Below are positions 34,168 to 45,358 of a stretch of DNA of 64,000 bases, piece after piece. Every line of letters begins with the position of its first letter. The stretch's first letter is position 1. The notes under the pieces were generated by a model. That model did not search any database, was not told the DNA's origin, and was given only the letters and a program-made list of their open reading frames with translations. The stretch covers positions 66,264 to 130,263 of the forward strand of contig JADFZL010000018.1 of NCBI GenBank assembly GCA_015232575.1. The letters are read 5' to 3'. This stretch comes from Candidatus Rifleibacteriota bacterium (GTDB lineage Bacteria > Muiribacteriota > Ozemobacteria > Ozemobacterales > Ozemobacteraceae). The translations under genes were made by a program, and so were the position numbers.

Positions 34168-35478
34168 ATGTGTGGCTTTTATATAACAAATTCTCAGAAT
34201 TATTTTCCAAATGAGAGAGCTTTAGAACGTTTACGGCGCCGAGGACCTGACTTTCAGGTATTCTCAACAATAGACGGTCTTAGATGTTATCATGCATTAC
34301 TTTCCATGTCTGGATCATTTACTCCTCAACCGTTGGAGAAAAACGGTTCATTCCTTTTTTACAATGGTGAAATATATAATTATCAGAGTATAGGAAAATT
34401 TTCCTCAGACTCAGAAGCCATTTTATCTCTCTATAACTCAGAAGGTATTTCTGGTTTAGCTCAACTTGATGGTGAGTTTGCTATTTGCATTATTGACACA
34501 AAAAAAGGTGAAATGGTTTTAGCGACTGACACCTTTGGAACCAAACCTTTACATATTTCAAAGTTTGGTGGTTATGAATGGGGTGTTTCTTCTTTGCCTT
34601 CACTCTTTGCACAATATCCTTCAAAACGATTTAAGCCTAATCATATAATGAGAATTCGCTATTCTGATCTTCATGTATTGGAAGAATTGCCCTTAAAGAA
34701 CTTTTCTCTAAAACAGTACAAGACTAATTATGATGACTTTTTTTTATCCATAGTTAATTCTATGAAAAAACGTACAAATATGAATCCAGTCCCTTTTGTT
34801 CCTATTTCCAGCGGGATTGATAGTGGTACAATTGCGGCAACTCTTGATGAAATTGGAGTTCCTTTTGTAAGTTCTACTTTTCTTGGACACGAAGATCTGT
34901 CCATTATCAAAGCACGAATAGAGAAAAGAAAAGGACCAGCTTACGTATTTCCGGAGCCACCAAAGGAAGTTATAGAATCCTACCGCATTCAATTTGAAAA
35001 CGAGGTTGATGATTTTTATTATGGTCCGAATAATGAGTTGAGAACTCGTCGTGGAAAAGATGATCCGGGTGCATTAGCTCTTTTCATTCTTTTATTAGAC
35101 ATCAAGCAAAGGCATCCAGTTCAAGTTGTGCTTTCAGGTCAGGGAGGAGATGAGATCATGGGTACAATTCAAACCTACACCTTTGGGAAACCAAATCCTT
35201 CTTTTTTTCCCGAGAATTTAGCTCAGGTTTTTCCGTGGGAGAATTTTTTCCAGGGAGCAAATTCTTCTTATCTACTGAAAGAAGAAAACATTGCTTCAAA
35301 TTTTGGTATTGAAACTAGATATCCATTACTTGATTTTGATGTAGTACAAGAGTTTCTTTATTTAGTTCCTGCATTAAAAAATCCTGGTTCGAAACGTCCT
35401 CTCAGCGAGTATTTGAAATCCTTAAATTATCCACATAACTCGTTAAAAGCTGGCTTTAGTTATGTTAGCCCAAAATAG
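34168..35478 (+). CDS. Asparagine-synthase-like amidotransferase (short AsnB-family paralog)
   Basis: N-terminal MCGFYIT (Ntn Cys2). PP-loop variant PISSGIDSGTIAATL. 436 aa. Confidence 0.55.
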   Translation: MCGFYITNSQNYFPNERALERLRRRGPDFQVFSTIDGLRCYHALLSMSGSFTPQPLEKNGSFLFYNGEIYNYQSIGKFSSDSEAILSLYNSEGISGLAQLDGEFAICIIDTKKGEMVLATDTFGTKPLHISKFGGYEWGVSSLPSLFAQYPSKRFKPNHIMRIRYSDLHVLEELPLKNFSLKQYKTNYDDFFLSIVNSMKKRTNMNPVPFVPISSGIDSGTIAATLDEIGVPFVSSTFLGHEDLSIIKARIEKRKGPAYVFPEPPKEVIESYRIQFENEVDDFYYGPNNELRTRRGKDDPGALALFILLLDIKQRHPVQVVLSGQGGDEIMGTIQTYTFGKPNPSFFPENLAQVFPWENFFQGANSSYLLKEENIASNFGIETRYPLLDFDVVQEFLYLVPALKNPGSKRPLSEYLKSLNYPHNSLKAGFSYVSPK

Positions 35479-35495
35479 TCAGGAATAAAATTATT

Positions 35496-36215
35496 ATGAA
35501 CCTAATCCGCATAGGATCTCAATATGGTGGTTGGATTATCGATGATGCCGAATATCTGCATGGCTGCACTATGATTAGTGCTGGTTTAGGCGAGGATGCA
35601 AGTTTTGATGTTGAGTTTGCAACCAGGTTTAAAGCAACTGTGTTATTGGTTGATCCCACTCCAAGAGCCATATTGCACTACCTGGAAATTCAGAAAGAGT
35701 TAGGGAAATATGGAAATGTTCCCTATTCATCAACTGGCAAACAGCCAATTGCTGCTTATGACTTGAGAGCTATAAAAAGTTCTCAACTTCAATTGCTTCC
35801 ATTTGCGCTTTGGAATAAAAGAGGCATTACTTTTTTTCGCCCTCCTGACAATCCTGAACATGTCTCTCACCAAATATTTGAGTTCCAAAGTGAAAAACGT
35901 ACTGAGACAACAGGTTCATTTCCAGTAGCTTCTTCAACTATCAGCGATATAGTTTCGGTTTTTTGTAAGTTTCCCCCAACTGTTGTAAAACTCGATATTG
36001 AAGGAGCCGCAAGCTCAGTTATTGAAGATATGCTTCTAAACGGTATTTTTCCGAATCAACTCCTTGTGGAATTTGATGAACTTAAAATACCTAACCCACA
36101 ATTACATAATAAAGCCTTGCAGATACATGCACTATTGGAAAAATATGGTTATTGTTTATCAGCCCAGGAACAATTCAATTGTTCGTATATTAAAAAAGCT
36201 ATTTCGCTTGGTTAG
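35496..36215 (+). CDS. FkbM-family-like methyltransferase
   Basis: GGWIIDDAEYLHGCTMISAGLGEDASFDVEFATRFKATVLLVDPTP resembles the FkbM domain core. 239 aa. Confidence 0.4.
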   Translation: MNLIRIGSQYGGWIIDDAEYLHGCTMISAGLGEDASFDVEFATRFKATVLLVDPTPRAILHYLEIQKELGKYGNVPYSSTGKQPIAAYDLRAIKSSQLQLLPFALWNKRGITFFRPPDNPEHVSHQIFEFQSEKRTETTGSFPVASSTISDIVSVFCKFPPTVVKLDIEGAASSVIEDMLLNGIFPNQLLVEFDELKIPNPQLHNKALQIHALLEKYGYCLSAQEQFNCSYIKKAISLG

Positions 36216-36454
36216 AGTTTTTTAATGTTTTTTGTTTGACTTTTTGAGGTTTTTGTAATAAAAGACTTATGTCTTATGAAAAGGCTGCTAAAGTAATCGG
36301 AAACCAATAGAAGTGCTTTTAAAAAAAAACATAAGTTCTGATGATGTATTATGATAATTAAAAGTCATCAAATAGAATTAGATGAAAGTAATTATTGCTC
36401 ATCAATTAAGTAGCTGCCACAGACAGAAATTAATAAAGAGGTTATCCTTAGATA

Positions 36455-37216
36455 ATGACAATATCCAAAGCGAAACAAACAGATAATAAGCTGATAGTTG
36501 TTGTTCCACTGCATAACAGGCCTGCTTTCAATTTGCTTGAACAATATTCAGTTGATAACTTAATTAAAAAAGCAAATACACGAAAAATTTTATTTTTAGC
36601 AGCAAATAGCATGAACAAAACTTATTATTCTAACAGGTATCCCGAGGTTGAATTATTATCTTTCGAAGATAACTTTTTTGAATCGAATAATTCAAGCAAT
36701 AAGTTGTTTTTAAATAAACAGTTTTATAAATTGTTTGAAAGTTATGATTTTATGCTGGTACATCATCCTGATGCTTTTTTAGTGCAAGATGATCTTGATG
36801 ATTGGATGATCCAGAATATTGATTATATCGGCGCACCGATACCAGAAGGGGTTGAAGTCAGAGTAAAAATTGGAAAGTTTTTTTTTGGAAATGGACTGAC
36901 TGTCAAAGCTTTTGTCGGCAATGGAGGATTTAGCCTTCGACACATAAATAAATCAATTTCTTTGATGGAAGAGTTTGCAGAAATACATGAAAAGTGGCTT
37001 TTAAACAGCGGAAGAGAAGACTTGTTTTTTTCAATTGCTGGTCTTCTTTCCTCGAATTACTGTATCCCCAACCAGTTGGTAGCCTCACGTTTTTCGCTTG
37101 AGCTGGAGGGTGAAAAATACTTTAATTTTAATGACTGCAAACTCCCTACAGGCTTCCATGGCTGGTGGAAAAACGATATCGACTTTTATAAAAATCTCGT
37201 TGTGAAAACATCATGA
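36455..37216 (+). CDS. Hypothetical protein
   Basis: 253 aa. No confident motif. Confidence 0.3.
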   Translation: MTISKAKQTDNKLIVVVPLHNRPAFNLLEQYSVDNLIKKANTRKILFLAANSMNKTYYSNRYPEVELLSFEDNFFESNNSSNKLFLNKQFYKLFESYDFMLVHHPDAFLVQDDLDDWMIQNIDYIGAPIPEGVEVRVKIGKFFFGNGLTVKAFVGNGGFSLRHINKSISLMEEFAEIHEKWLLNSGREDLFFSIAGLLSSNYCIPNQLVASRFSLELEGEKYFNFNDCKLPTGFHGWWKNDIDFYKNLVVKTS

Positions 37217-37227
37217 TAAGAAAATAA

Positions 37228-38538
37228 ATGAAAACTAATAATCTATATCATATTACTTCTTTACTTAGAAATGCGTTGATAAAGACCCCTAAGGTTCTTA
37301 TTCTATCAACATTACAAGGAACAGGATCTGGAATAGCTGCATACCGTCTACATAAAAATTTGTTGAAAGCTGAAATTGCTTCGACAATGTGTGTACTTGA
37401 AAGAACAAATTCAGATCCTACTGTTATTTCCATTAAGAATAATGTCAAAGGAATACCTGTTTTATCCTGGAGACATTTAAGCGATTATTGGCACGATCTT
37501 CTTCAGAATTATCCAAACAAATCACCAACTCTATGTTGTTTTACTACACCTGATTCATTAGTACCACTGGAAAGTTTTAATCAAGATTGCGATGTTATTA
37601 ATCTGCACTGGATCTCAGGTTTTGTTGATCTTCCAAAAATTCCAAAGCTTTTCAAAGGTAAAAAGATTGTTTGGACTCTTCATGATATGAATGCTTTTAC
37701 TGGCGGGTGTCATTATACTCAGAAATGTACTAAATATGAGTCAAAGTGCTCTGAATGTCCCCAACTTGGTAAAAGCCTAAATTCAGAAGATATTGTTAAA
37801 GATATCTGGGAGACAAAGAATAAAATCTATGAACAACTTGAGGACATGACTATAATAACTCCCAGCCGCTGGATGGCAGATTGTTCAAAAAAAAGTTCTC
37901 TTTTGGGTCGCTTCCCCCATAAAGTCATTCCAAACAGTGTTGACGGTGAAATTTTCAAGCCCATGTCAAGAGAAGAAGCACGTATTAAACTTGGTTTGCC
38001 CATTAAAAAGAAACTTATTCTTTTTGGTGCAACCTCGCTGGGAAGTGTTAGAAAAGGTTTTGAACTGTTTCTAAGAATAATTGAAATTCTGCCAAAATTT
38101 ATCTCTCCAGATGAGCTTGAGTTAGTATCTTTTGGTTCTCTGGATCCTCGGCTTACCTTTCCCACTCCATTCAAATTTCACAGTCTAGGCAGTTTAAATA
38201 ACGAAGATGATTTATGCTTAGCCTATAATGCATCAGATCTTTATGTAATGTCTTCAAAAGAAGACAATCTTCCAAACACAGCCGTGGAAAGTTTAGCCTG
38301 CGGAACACCGGTTGTTAGTTTTAATATCGGAGGTTTAACAGATATCGTCGATCAGGGGAAAACAGGTTATTTAGCACCTTTTCCAGATGTTTTAGAAATG
38401 GCGCATGGTATCAAATGGGTTCTATCATCTTCGGAAATACCTTTTAGAGAGAATTGCAGAAAAAAAGCACTGGAAAGTTTTTCGCCAGAAAAGCAAACCG
38501 ATGCGTATATTGACGTCTATCAAAAAGTAAGATCATAA
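37228..38538 (+). CDS. Glycosyltransferase family 4 (GT-B, retaining)
   Basis: EDNLPNTAVESLACGTPVVSFNIGGLTDIVDQGKTGYL is the classic GT4 EX7E region. Confidence 0.8.
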   Translation: MKTNNLYHITSLLRNALIKTPKVLILSTLQGTGSGIAAYRLHKNLLKAEIASTMCVLERTNSDPTVISIKNNVKGIPVLSWRHLSDYWHDLLQNYPNKSPTLCCFTTPDSLVPLESFNQDCDVINLHWISGFVDLPKIPKLFKGKKIVWTLHDMNAFTGGCHYTQKCTKYESKCSECPQLGKSLNSEDIVKDIWETKNKIYEQLEDMTIITPSRWMADCSKKSSLLGRFPHKVIPNSVDGEIFKPMSREEARIKLGLPIKKKLILFGATSLGSVRKGFELFLRIIEILPKFISPDELELVSFGSLDPRLTFPTPFKFHSLGSLNNEDDLCLAYNASDLYVMSSKEDNLPNTAVESLACGTPVVSFNIGGLTDIVDQGKTGYLAPFPDVLEMAHGIKWVLSSSEIPFRENCRKKALESFSPEKQTDAYIDVYQKVRS

Positions 38539-38673
38539 CCAAGCAATCACACAGTTTTTTGTACCAACTCAAAATTCTGGTATTTTTATGTAAAAATCAT
38601 ACTCCTCCTTTGAAAAAATAATATTATAATTTTTCAGGTCATTGTAAAAAATACGCAAAAACCGTTATTTTGC

Positions 38674-39699
38674 TTATGGTAATGGGAAGTTGTCATCCTC
38701 TCTATTGGCAATGTTTACTCTATGCATTATTTCACCTGAATTCCAGGCATCCCCAAACTTATTAAGAATATGATTCCAATTATGAATGAAATGCTCCGGT
38801 CTTGAATTAACTGTTACTGAGTTAAAGAGTCTCATCCCACCTTCACTGAAAATACATTTTTTTCCGCGGAACGGCATAAGGAGTATTTTATATCCTTTCA
38901 GCCAGGAAGAAAAACAATTATGATAATCATCATACTGATAAGGCTCAAGTGCTTCGGGGAAGAAATTGAGTTCATCTGCTGCTGATATGCGAATGATTTG
39001 TGGTGCCCTGTTAACAACCGCTACGTACTGAAGTAAAAAATCATTGACTTTTTTTTCCAAAACAGGAACTAGAATTTCTTCATATTTCCCAAGCCTGAAG
39101 CCATTTTTTCCTTCTATCAGACAAGGCTCATAAACAGCGCTTTTTAAGCCTTCGTCACCCACCACCGGCGGTGTTTTCCCCATGTTGCCACCACCATTAC
39201 CACCTATTATTGCCAGTTTTCTGTCAAATTCAAGTAGTTTTAAAGAATAATTGAGCCAGTTAAAGATACTCATATCATAAATGTCATCATCCTGAAACAA
39301 CGCAACATATTTACAACCCCAAGTTTTTGCTATCTGTAAAGACAATCTATAGTTGCAAATTTCATATGTATCATTAGTAGACAACACTAAATGATTCTTT
39401 CCAGGAAGCAAAGCACCAGCCAGGCTTGCGGAAGAATCAACACAACCATCAGCAAAGAGAATAACATTTGCCGGACTTAGTTGAAGAAAGGGATTTAATA
39501 CTTCATTCAATCTGTTTGCTTTGTTAAAGGTCTGAAAAACAAAAGTCAAATCATTAAAATTGACAAATTCCCCTTTCCTCGACTTAAGATACTCTTTATG
39601 TCTTACTACCTTGTCAATTGAAAACAAAGACTCAGAGTTCTGCTCGTTTAACCAGCCCACACTTTTATAATATTTCTCAGTGATTTTCATACAATGCAA
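38674..39699 (-). CDS. Hypothetical protein, possible GT-A-fold glycosyltransferase
   Basis: 341 aa. ILFADGCVDSS followed by a DxD-like segment, VALFQDDDIY. Confidence 0.3.
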   Translation of the reverse strand: MHCMKITEKYYKSVGWLNEQNSESLFSIDKVVRHKEYLKSRKGEFVNFNDLTFVFQTFNKANRLNEVLNPFLQLSPANVILFADGCVDSSASLAGALLPGKNHLVLSTNDTYEICNYRLSLQIAKTWGCKYVALFQDDDIYDMSIFNWLNYSLKLLEFDRKLAIIGGNGGGNMGKTPPVVGDEGLKSAVYEPCLIEGKNGFRLGKYEEILVPVLEKKVNDFLLQYVAVVNRAPQIIRISAADELNFFPEALEPYQYDDYHNCFSSWLKGYKILLMPFRGKKCIFSEGGMRLFNSVTVNSRPEHFIHNWNHILNKFGDAWNSGEIMHRVNIANREDDNFPLP

Positions 39700-39789
39700 T
39701 CTTTTGTAAAAAGAACAAATTGATCCTGAATCAGAAAAAAGCAGCTCACTTTTGATCTTTTAATCCTGATAATAAACATCAGTCCTGGG

Positions 39790-40548
39790 TTATTCAAGCA
39801 CATACCAGTCATCACAACTAGTCTGATCAGTATATATTCTTTTATAACCAAAACGAACTAATAGATCAAATATTTTGCTTCTATTATCAGTAAAATTATG
39901 CTCACAAGTTATAGCTTTAAATTTATATAAAGAAAAATCAAATGAGTTGAGAATTTCAAACTCAGAACCCTCAGTATCAATGCTTAGATAGTCTATTAAA
40001 GATGGTGCATTGTGCTGCTTTAACAAATCCAGAAGTGAAACTGTTTCAACACTATAATTACGTGAGTTCGAACGAATCTTGCTGTGAAAATCAGAATCTT
40101 TGAAAGCCGTAATTGTGCTATGTGCAACAGCATAAACTTCTGAAAAATCAAGAGAAAGATTTGAATGGCTCCATACACACCTTGTATCAATTATAGCGTT
40201 CCTGTTTTGCCTCAATAATTCATGACAACTTCTTGCAGGCTCAACTAAAATACCAGACCAACCATATTTTTTTTCCAATAAATAAGTATTGCTATGTGTC
40301 AGTCCATCAAGAGCACCAAATTCTACAAAATAGCCACCCGTCTTATGTCTTAAATATTTCAACACAAACAAGTCCTGCAAAATCTGGGATTTTGTTCCAG
40401 AAAAATCTGCAAGAAGGTCAATCTTCAACTTATTTTCAGCCAGTGTCTTTTTCATTTCTTGTATTTCTTTAACTTGCTGATTTACTAATCCTATTATTTC
40501 ATTGATTTTATTTAACATACGCCACTCAACTTTTTCTATAAAAGCCAC
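39790..40548 (-). CDS. FkbM-family SAM methyltransferase
   Basis: GGYFVEFGALDGLTHSNTYLLEKKYGWSGILVEPA and SIDTEGSEFEIL are FkbM hallmarks. There is an N-terminal coiled-coil. Confidence 0.7.
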   Translation of the reverse strand: MAFIEKVEWRMLNKINEIIGLVNQQVKEIQEMKKTLAENKLKIDLLADFSGTKSQILQDLFVLKYLRHKTGGYFVEFGALDGLTHSNTYLLEKKYGWSGILVEPARSCHELLRQNRNAIIDTRCVWSHSNLSLDFSEVYAVAHSTITAFKDSDFHSKIRSNSRNYSVETVSLLDLLKQHNAPSLIDYLSIDTEGSEFEILNSFDFSLYKFKAITCEHNFTDNRSKIFDLLVRFGYKRIYTDQTSCDDWYVLE

Positions 40549-40879
40549 TTTTTTTCTAGCAGCTCAAATTTTTAGTTTTTTATATCGGGAGTTCCAGAAC
40601 CGTATCAATGAAGTATACTTCAGGTAGCAGTTGGTTGCAAAAAATACGAAAAACAGTTTTTGGCTCTGAAAAAACAGATAAAATGACTCTTAATAAGGAT
40701 TTCACGAATATTAAAGTAATGGACACGAGCTTAATTGAAAAACGCCATATTTGCAGTATCTGATCGTAGTTTAAGCCTGTTTTCAAAATAAAACTTCCGT
40801 TATAGTGCGAAAATTAACACCTTGAAACAAGTCATCTATATCCTATCATTAGATAATTTTATAGAGAACGTCATACAGG

Positions 40880-41728
40880 CTATTTGGATAGTATTCCAAG
40901 AATGCCATTATTATTGAATAACCGATAATCAGGATATCTCCTCTCAAGTTCAAATTGAATTTCGTTATCAATAGGCGATATAAATGTCGGCTGACATAGT
41001 TCTACCTGAAATCTTGAGTGGCGAAAGATATTAATATAATCCTCACTGAAATACCGATTAATTTGATTACTGTTATAAGTGTAGTAGATAATTTCTTCGG
41101 CAAATCGGCAATCAAATCTGGCTAGCAAGTCAAGATAAGCCTTTGTTCGAGTCTGAAGCAAATGTCCCCATGGACGAAAAATGTAATTTTGGTGTTCCAA
41201 GCTTTTGTCGAACCTGTCAGGAATACCAATCGGTAGATGGTGGCCATCAAAAGCGCTCCAAATAGGTGAAAACATCGTGAATAGTTTGCCACCGGGCTTG
41301 AGACAATGGAACATTTTTTCCAACGCCAACGGCAGTCGATCCATGTGTTCAAAACTGGCAATTGAGAAAACAAGATCATACTTCCCAAAGTGATCTTCAG
41401 GTATCTCCTCAATCCTCATAAACAAAAGTTTATAGCGACCTGCATATTCCATCTGTGCAGAAACATTTTGATCATTTCGGTGAAAATGATAATCATATCC
41501 TGCCTCCCGATAATACGAGAGTTCTTCTACGCCCGTCCAACTATTGCATCCCAAGTGATCTAAGACCAGAGATGGTGGCAATCCCCCCCCGACTTCAAGA
41601 ACATCAATGCTTTTAAGAGGAATATACTGTAGACAGCACTCCAAGTAATTCAGGTGATAGGTAATGCTATAGACCTTCTTATAATGTTCCAGTTGCTCTT
41701 GCGTCAGACCTAGAGGAAAGTGCTGCAT
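40880..41728 (-). CDS. Class I SAM-dependent methyltransferase
   Basis: VLEVGGGLPPSLV (motif I-like). LKPGGKLF (post-I/II). Confidence 0.55.
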   Translation of the reverse strand: MQHFPLGLTQEQLEHYKKVYSITYHLNYLECCLQYIPLKSIDVLEVGGGLPPSLVLDHLGCNSWTGVEELSYYREAGYDYHFHRNDQNVSAQMEYAGRYKLLFMRIEEIPEDHFGKYDLVFSIASFEHMDRLPLALEKMFHCLKPGGKLFTMFSPIWSAFDGHHLPIGIPDRFDKSLEHQNYIFRPWGHLLQTRTKAYLDLLARFDCRFAEEIIYYTYNSNQINRYFSEDYINIFRHSRFQVELCQPTFISPIDNEIQFELERRYPDYRLFNNNGILGILSK

Positions 41729-41891
41729 AAAGTATCCTCTTTTAACATCACCAATACGACCTTAACTTTACACTCCGGTGAATGTGGTTTTCTTTTGTTT
41801 ATTCTACCATATTTTTTCAAATTTTTGTCTCAACCTTGGGAAACATTATAATACATTATATTTATTTCTTTCAACGTTTTAAATTCCAATT

Positions 41892-43691
41892 TTATTTCCT
41901 TGCCTCTATAAAAATCGAATTTACTTTACGTACAAGGCCATTTTTATCTTTATCAAGAAGGTAAGAATTAAACTCTGGAATATCACTTTCATCGTATCTA
42001 AAAAGCTTCATATTTACAAAACCAGCATCACGCAATAATTTTTCCACCCTATAGCGATCATACATCCAATTGCAATTTTCATTCTCTACCCATGATAATT
42101 TTGGAGGTTTAAATTGTAAGAGTTCTTTAATTGATAATTCATAGAAATATTCTGCTTCATTCTGCTTCGCCATTACTTTTTCAAGATTACCAAGATAATT
42201 TCTGACTATTTGCTCTAGATCAGAAACAACTAACCGAAGAATTCCATTATTCTTTAGTATTCTCAGGACTTCGGTAATAAAAAAAGCAGCTATTTCTTTT
42301 GGTAAATACTCCAACAGGTACGAAGCATATACGACATCAGTACTATTGTTCTTCAGAGGCAGTCCATTCGAAACATCCCACTTGATGAAATTAGGAGCTG
42401 ATGAGACAATATCAAAATTTAACCATCGAATATCATAACATTCACCACAGCCAACATTGGCATAAACACCTTCGCTTGCTAAAGGAAAACCATGATAAAT
42501 CTGCTTCTGGTCTTTTTCACATGATGCATTTAAAACTTTATTGGAATTATTTGATACTAATTTTTTCCTTTTTTCAGCTATAATATCAAAATAAAAATCG
42601 CTCAGTCTTTTTGTCTGTTTGTAAATATTAAAATACTCGGCTGCCATTTTCAAATTCTTTTTAGCACTAGAATATTTTTCAAGCAATTCAAAATCCCCAG
42701 AATACAATATTTCATCCAAGGTAAACCCAATCCTATATTTATTCGCATAATAACTAGTCATTTTTGCCCGAGGGTCAATAATAATTGGTAGGCCTGCTTC
42801 AATATAATCAAATACCTTATTAGCCATTCCATATTTGATCAGATATTCTGTGTTTTCAATATTTTCGAGAGAATATGGGTTAAATAAGCCAAGATCATAA
42901 TTTTTTAATTCAGACACTAAAGAATCATATGGCAAAGTCCTGTGAAGACGAAATTTTCCGGCAGAATCTTTTTCATAGTCAATGTATTCAGAAAAAACCT
43001 CATTGAAATTACTATTTTCCGGTGGATATACATGAAAGTTCATACCAGAGGTTATTATTTTTTTTGCAACTGACAATAACCCACGATCTTTGTATTCAGG
43101 AAAATACTTTTCAACCATAAACGAGCCACAATAAACAACATGAAGATCTTTTTTTGAAGAAACAATCTTTTGGGCTAATCCACTTTCATCCAAGCATCCA
43201 TCAAATAACAATATCCTTTTCTTCCCAGTGATTAAAGAAGTATCTTTTTTATAAACTTGAGTTACAAGACTTCTACAGCACAAAGCATCTGCCTTGTTAA
43301 AACAATATTGTTCAAGAGCACACGAATCTTTATGAGATTTATGATTTAATAAAAAATCATCAGTAAACATTTTGAAAATTGTATCATATGGATCAAGAAT
43401 AATTGGAATATGGTCTATATTATTAATTAAATGATACGAGACGATGTAGTCATAATGATTAAAAACATGAAAGATGTTAGGTTCAATTTCTCTTATCGAA
43501 GAAAATAGCTCTGAAACGGAAGAAAAATATACTACCTGAAAATGTGACTCACAAGTAGAAAAATCAGTCCCTTGAGGGCAAAGAAAAACAACATGCCAGC
43601 CATTTTTTTTCAATCCGAGCGCAAGTTTTTTTTCACGATGTCTCGGTATTCCTGAAACAAAAGCAACAATATTGGATCTATTGAGAATCAT
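41892..43691 (-). CDS. Bifunctional GT-B glycosyltransferase / SAM methyltransferase fusion
   Basis: N-terminal ~380 aa carry a GT-B C-terminal-lobe signature, NKVFDYIEAGLPIIIDP. C-terminal ~200 aa carry ANVGCGECYDIRWLNFD and LRILKNNGILRLVV (Methyltransf_11/23-like). Confidence 0.5.
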   Translation of the reverse strand: MILNRSNIVAFVSGIPRHREKKLALGLKKNGWHVVFLCPQGTDFSTCESHFQVVYFSSVSELFSSIREIEPNIFHVFNHYDYIVSYHLINNIDHIPIILDPYDTIFKMFTDDFLLNHKSHKDSCALEQYCFNKADALCCRSLVTQVYKKDTSLITGKKRILLFDGCLDESGLAQKIVSSKKDLHVVYCGSFMVEKYFPEYKDRGLLSVAKKIITSGMNFHVYPPENSNFNEVFSEYIDYEKDSAGKFRLHRTLPYDSLVSELKNYDLGLFNPYSLENIENTEYLIKYGMANKVFDYIEAGLPIIIDPRAKMTSYYANKYRIGFTLDEILYSGDFELLEKYSSAKKNLKMAAEYFNIYKQTKRLSDFYFDIIAEKRKKLVSNNSNKVLNASCEKDQKQIYHGFPLASEGVYANVGCGECYDIRWLNFDIVSSAPNFIKWDVSNGLPLKNNSTDVVYASYLLEYLPKEIAAFFITEVLRILKNNGILRLVVSDLEQIVRNYLGNLEKVMAKQNEAEYFYELSIKELLQFKPPKLSWVENENCNWMYDRYRVEKLLRDAGFVNMKLFRYDESDIPEFNSYLLDKDKNGLVRKVNSIFIEARK

Positions 43692-43967
43692 TATTTCTAA
43701 CCTTTCGGAAAACTGTTGTGGTGTAACGAAAACTTTTTTACTGCAATACTCCTCATACTGATTTTCCCGAGAAAATCTTACAAAACTTTCACAGTATTAG
43801 ACATTTTTTTTCTACAAATCATTCATTTTTGATAATTCTCAAATGTCGCGAATTTTGTTGTTTTCCTTTATATCTACAAAGAAGACCAGCACTTCAGTTG
43901 AATATTGTAAATTTTATGAACAAAATCTATTTATTGTTTACTTCAAGGAAAATTAGTTTATTGCCAA

Positions 43968-45224
43968 TTACTTGTTATTGTTGTTGTATGCATCGAACAT
44001 CGTGTACATACTTGCGATATAATTTTCCATTTCGTCAGACAAATTGACTACACTTCGTTCGTTAAGCTGAAATAAATCCTTATAAACCAATCCGGAGGTT
44101 TTGAAGTAATCGTCATAGATTTTAGTTCCGGGGTAGGGCGTAAATCGATTCAGAGATACAAATGTTGGACGTATTGTATTGATTAACTCTACCGTCATCT
44201 TCATGTCGTCAATGGTCTCAAATGGAAAACCAGTTATAAAAAAGGCGGACCATTGAATACCTGACTCGTTAAGCCAGCGAGTCCTCCTAACAATCTCCTC
44301 AACCCTGAGTCGTTTTTCTATTTTATCCAATATTCGTTGCGAACCGCTTTCAACGCCGATGTAAAGTCTACTCCCGCCATATTTTATGAATCTTTCGATC
44401 TTTTCAGGCGAGAGGGCCATTACTCGAGCTCCTACGCTGAACGCAAGGCCATATTCCCTGAAGAGATTGGTGACTGACTCGAAATGCCTTTGATTAGAGA
44501 AAAAGCAGTCATCCATTGTTGTAATTGAGGCTGTTGCGTGATACTTCTCCCAGATCTCCTCTACTTCAGACCTCAGATTTTCCAGATCACGATAAATCAT
44601 TGCCTTTTCAAATGAGTGGCAACAGAAAGTGCATGTGTTAGGGCAACCCGAGGATGTCATAAGAGTTGAAAAGAAATCAGCAGAGTAAACATCCTGGTCA
44701 AGAATAAGTCTTCTGTTAGGTTTACGATTTATTAGGTTCGGTATTGCACTCACAATGTGGTCGAAATAAGGGCCAAAGTCACATCCAGGATGGCTTTTGA
44801 GCATCCCCTGAACATGAGGTCCTCCAAGCATCGTGACAACTCGGTCGCCTAAAATCTCCTTTGCTATGCGGGCAACGATATCGGCAGAATCAATTTTGGG
44901 TGTAATGGATGAGAGACCGACCACGTCAGGCCGTAATTCTTCAATGGTCCGTCTGACTTCCTGCCATATGTGATGATTATCATCGGCAAGAGCTTCTTCG
45001 TAATGATGATAATTTCTGCGGACTTCTTCTCGTGCCAAAGAACGACAATCCAGTGTTGGTCGGTCGGCATCGTAAACACAGGCTTGGTGGCCCATTTCTT
45101 CCAGATAAGTGGCAACAAGTGTCAGAGTCACAGGGTAATACCAGCGCTGGTAGCCGAAAAAACGATAGAAAGGTGGTTCGATCAAAAGCACCTTTGATTT
45201 TGGTTTGATAAATTTCATATGCAC
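43968..45224 (-). CDS. B12-binding radical SAM enzyme (class B rSAM, candidate C-methyltransferase)
   Basis: N-terminal cobalamin-binding-like domain. CxxxCxxC cluster SSGCPNTCTFCCHS. Confidence 0.8.
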   Translation of the reverse strand: MHMKFIKPKSKVLLIEPPFYRFFGYQRWYYPVTLTLVATYLEEMGHQACVYDADRPTLDCRSLAREEVRRNYHHYEEALADDNHHIWQEVRRTIEELRPDVVGLSSITPKIDSADIVARIAKEILGDRVVTMLGGPHVQGMLKSHPGCDFGPYFDHIVSAIPNLINRKPNRRLILDQDVYSADFFSTLMTSSGCPNTCTFCCHSFEKAMIYRDLENLRSEVEEIWEKYHATASITTMDDCFFSNQRHFESVTNLFREYGLAFSVGARVMALSPEKIERFIKYGGSRLYIGVESGSQRILDKIEKRLRVEEIVRRTRWLNESGIQWSAFFITGFPFETIDDMKMTVELINTIRPTFVSLNRFTPYPGTKIYDDYFKTSGLVYKDLFQLNERSVVNLSDEMENYIASMYTMFDAYNNNNK

Positions 45225-45358
45225 TTGAACAATTCCTGATGTGAACCGATAAATTTAGTGAAGGGAACTATATTTAAGCTGTTCCATATCGCGCTTGTCA
45301 ATACCTTGAATTGAAAAAATCTCCTGACTTAAGACTCCGATCATCAAACTGTGTTTAT

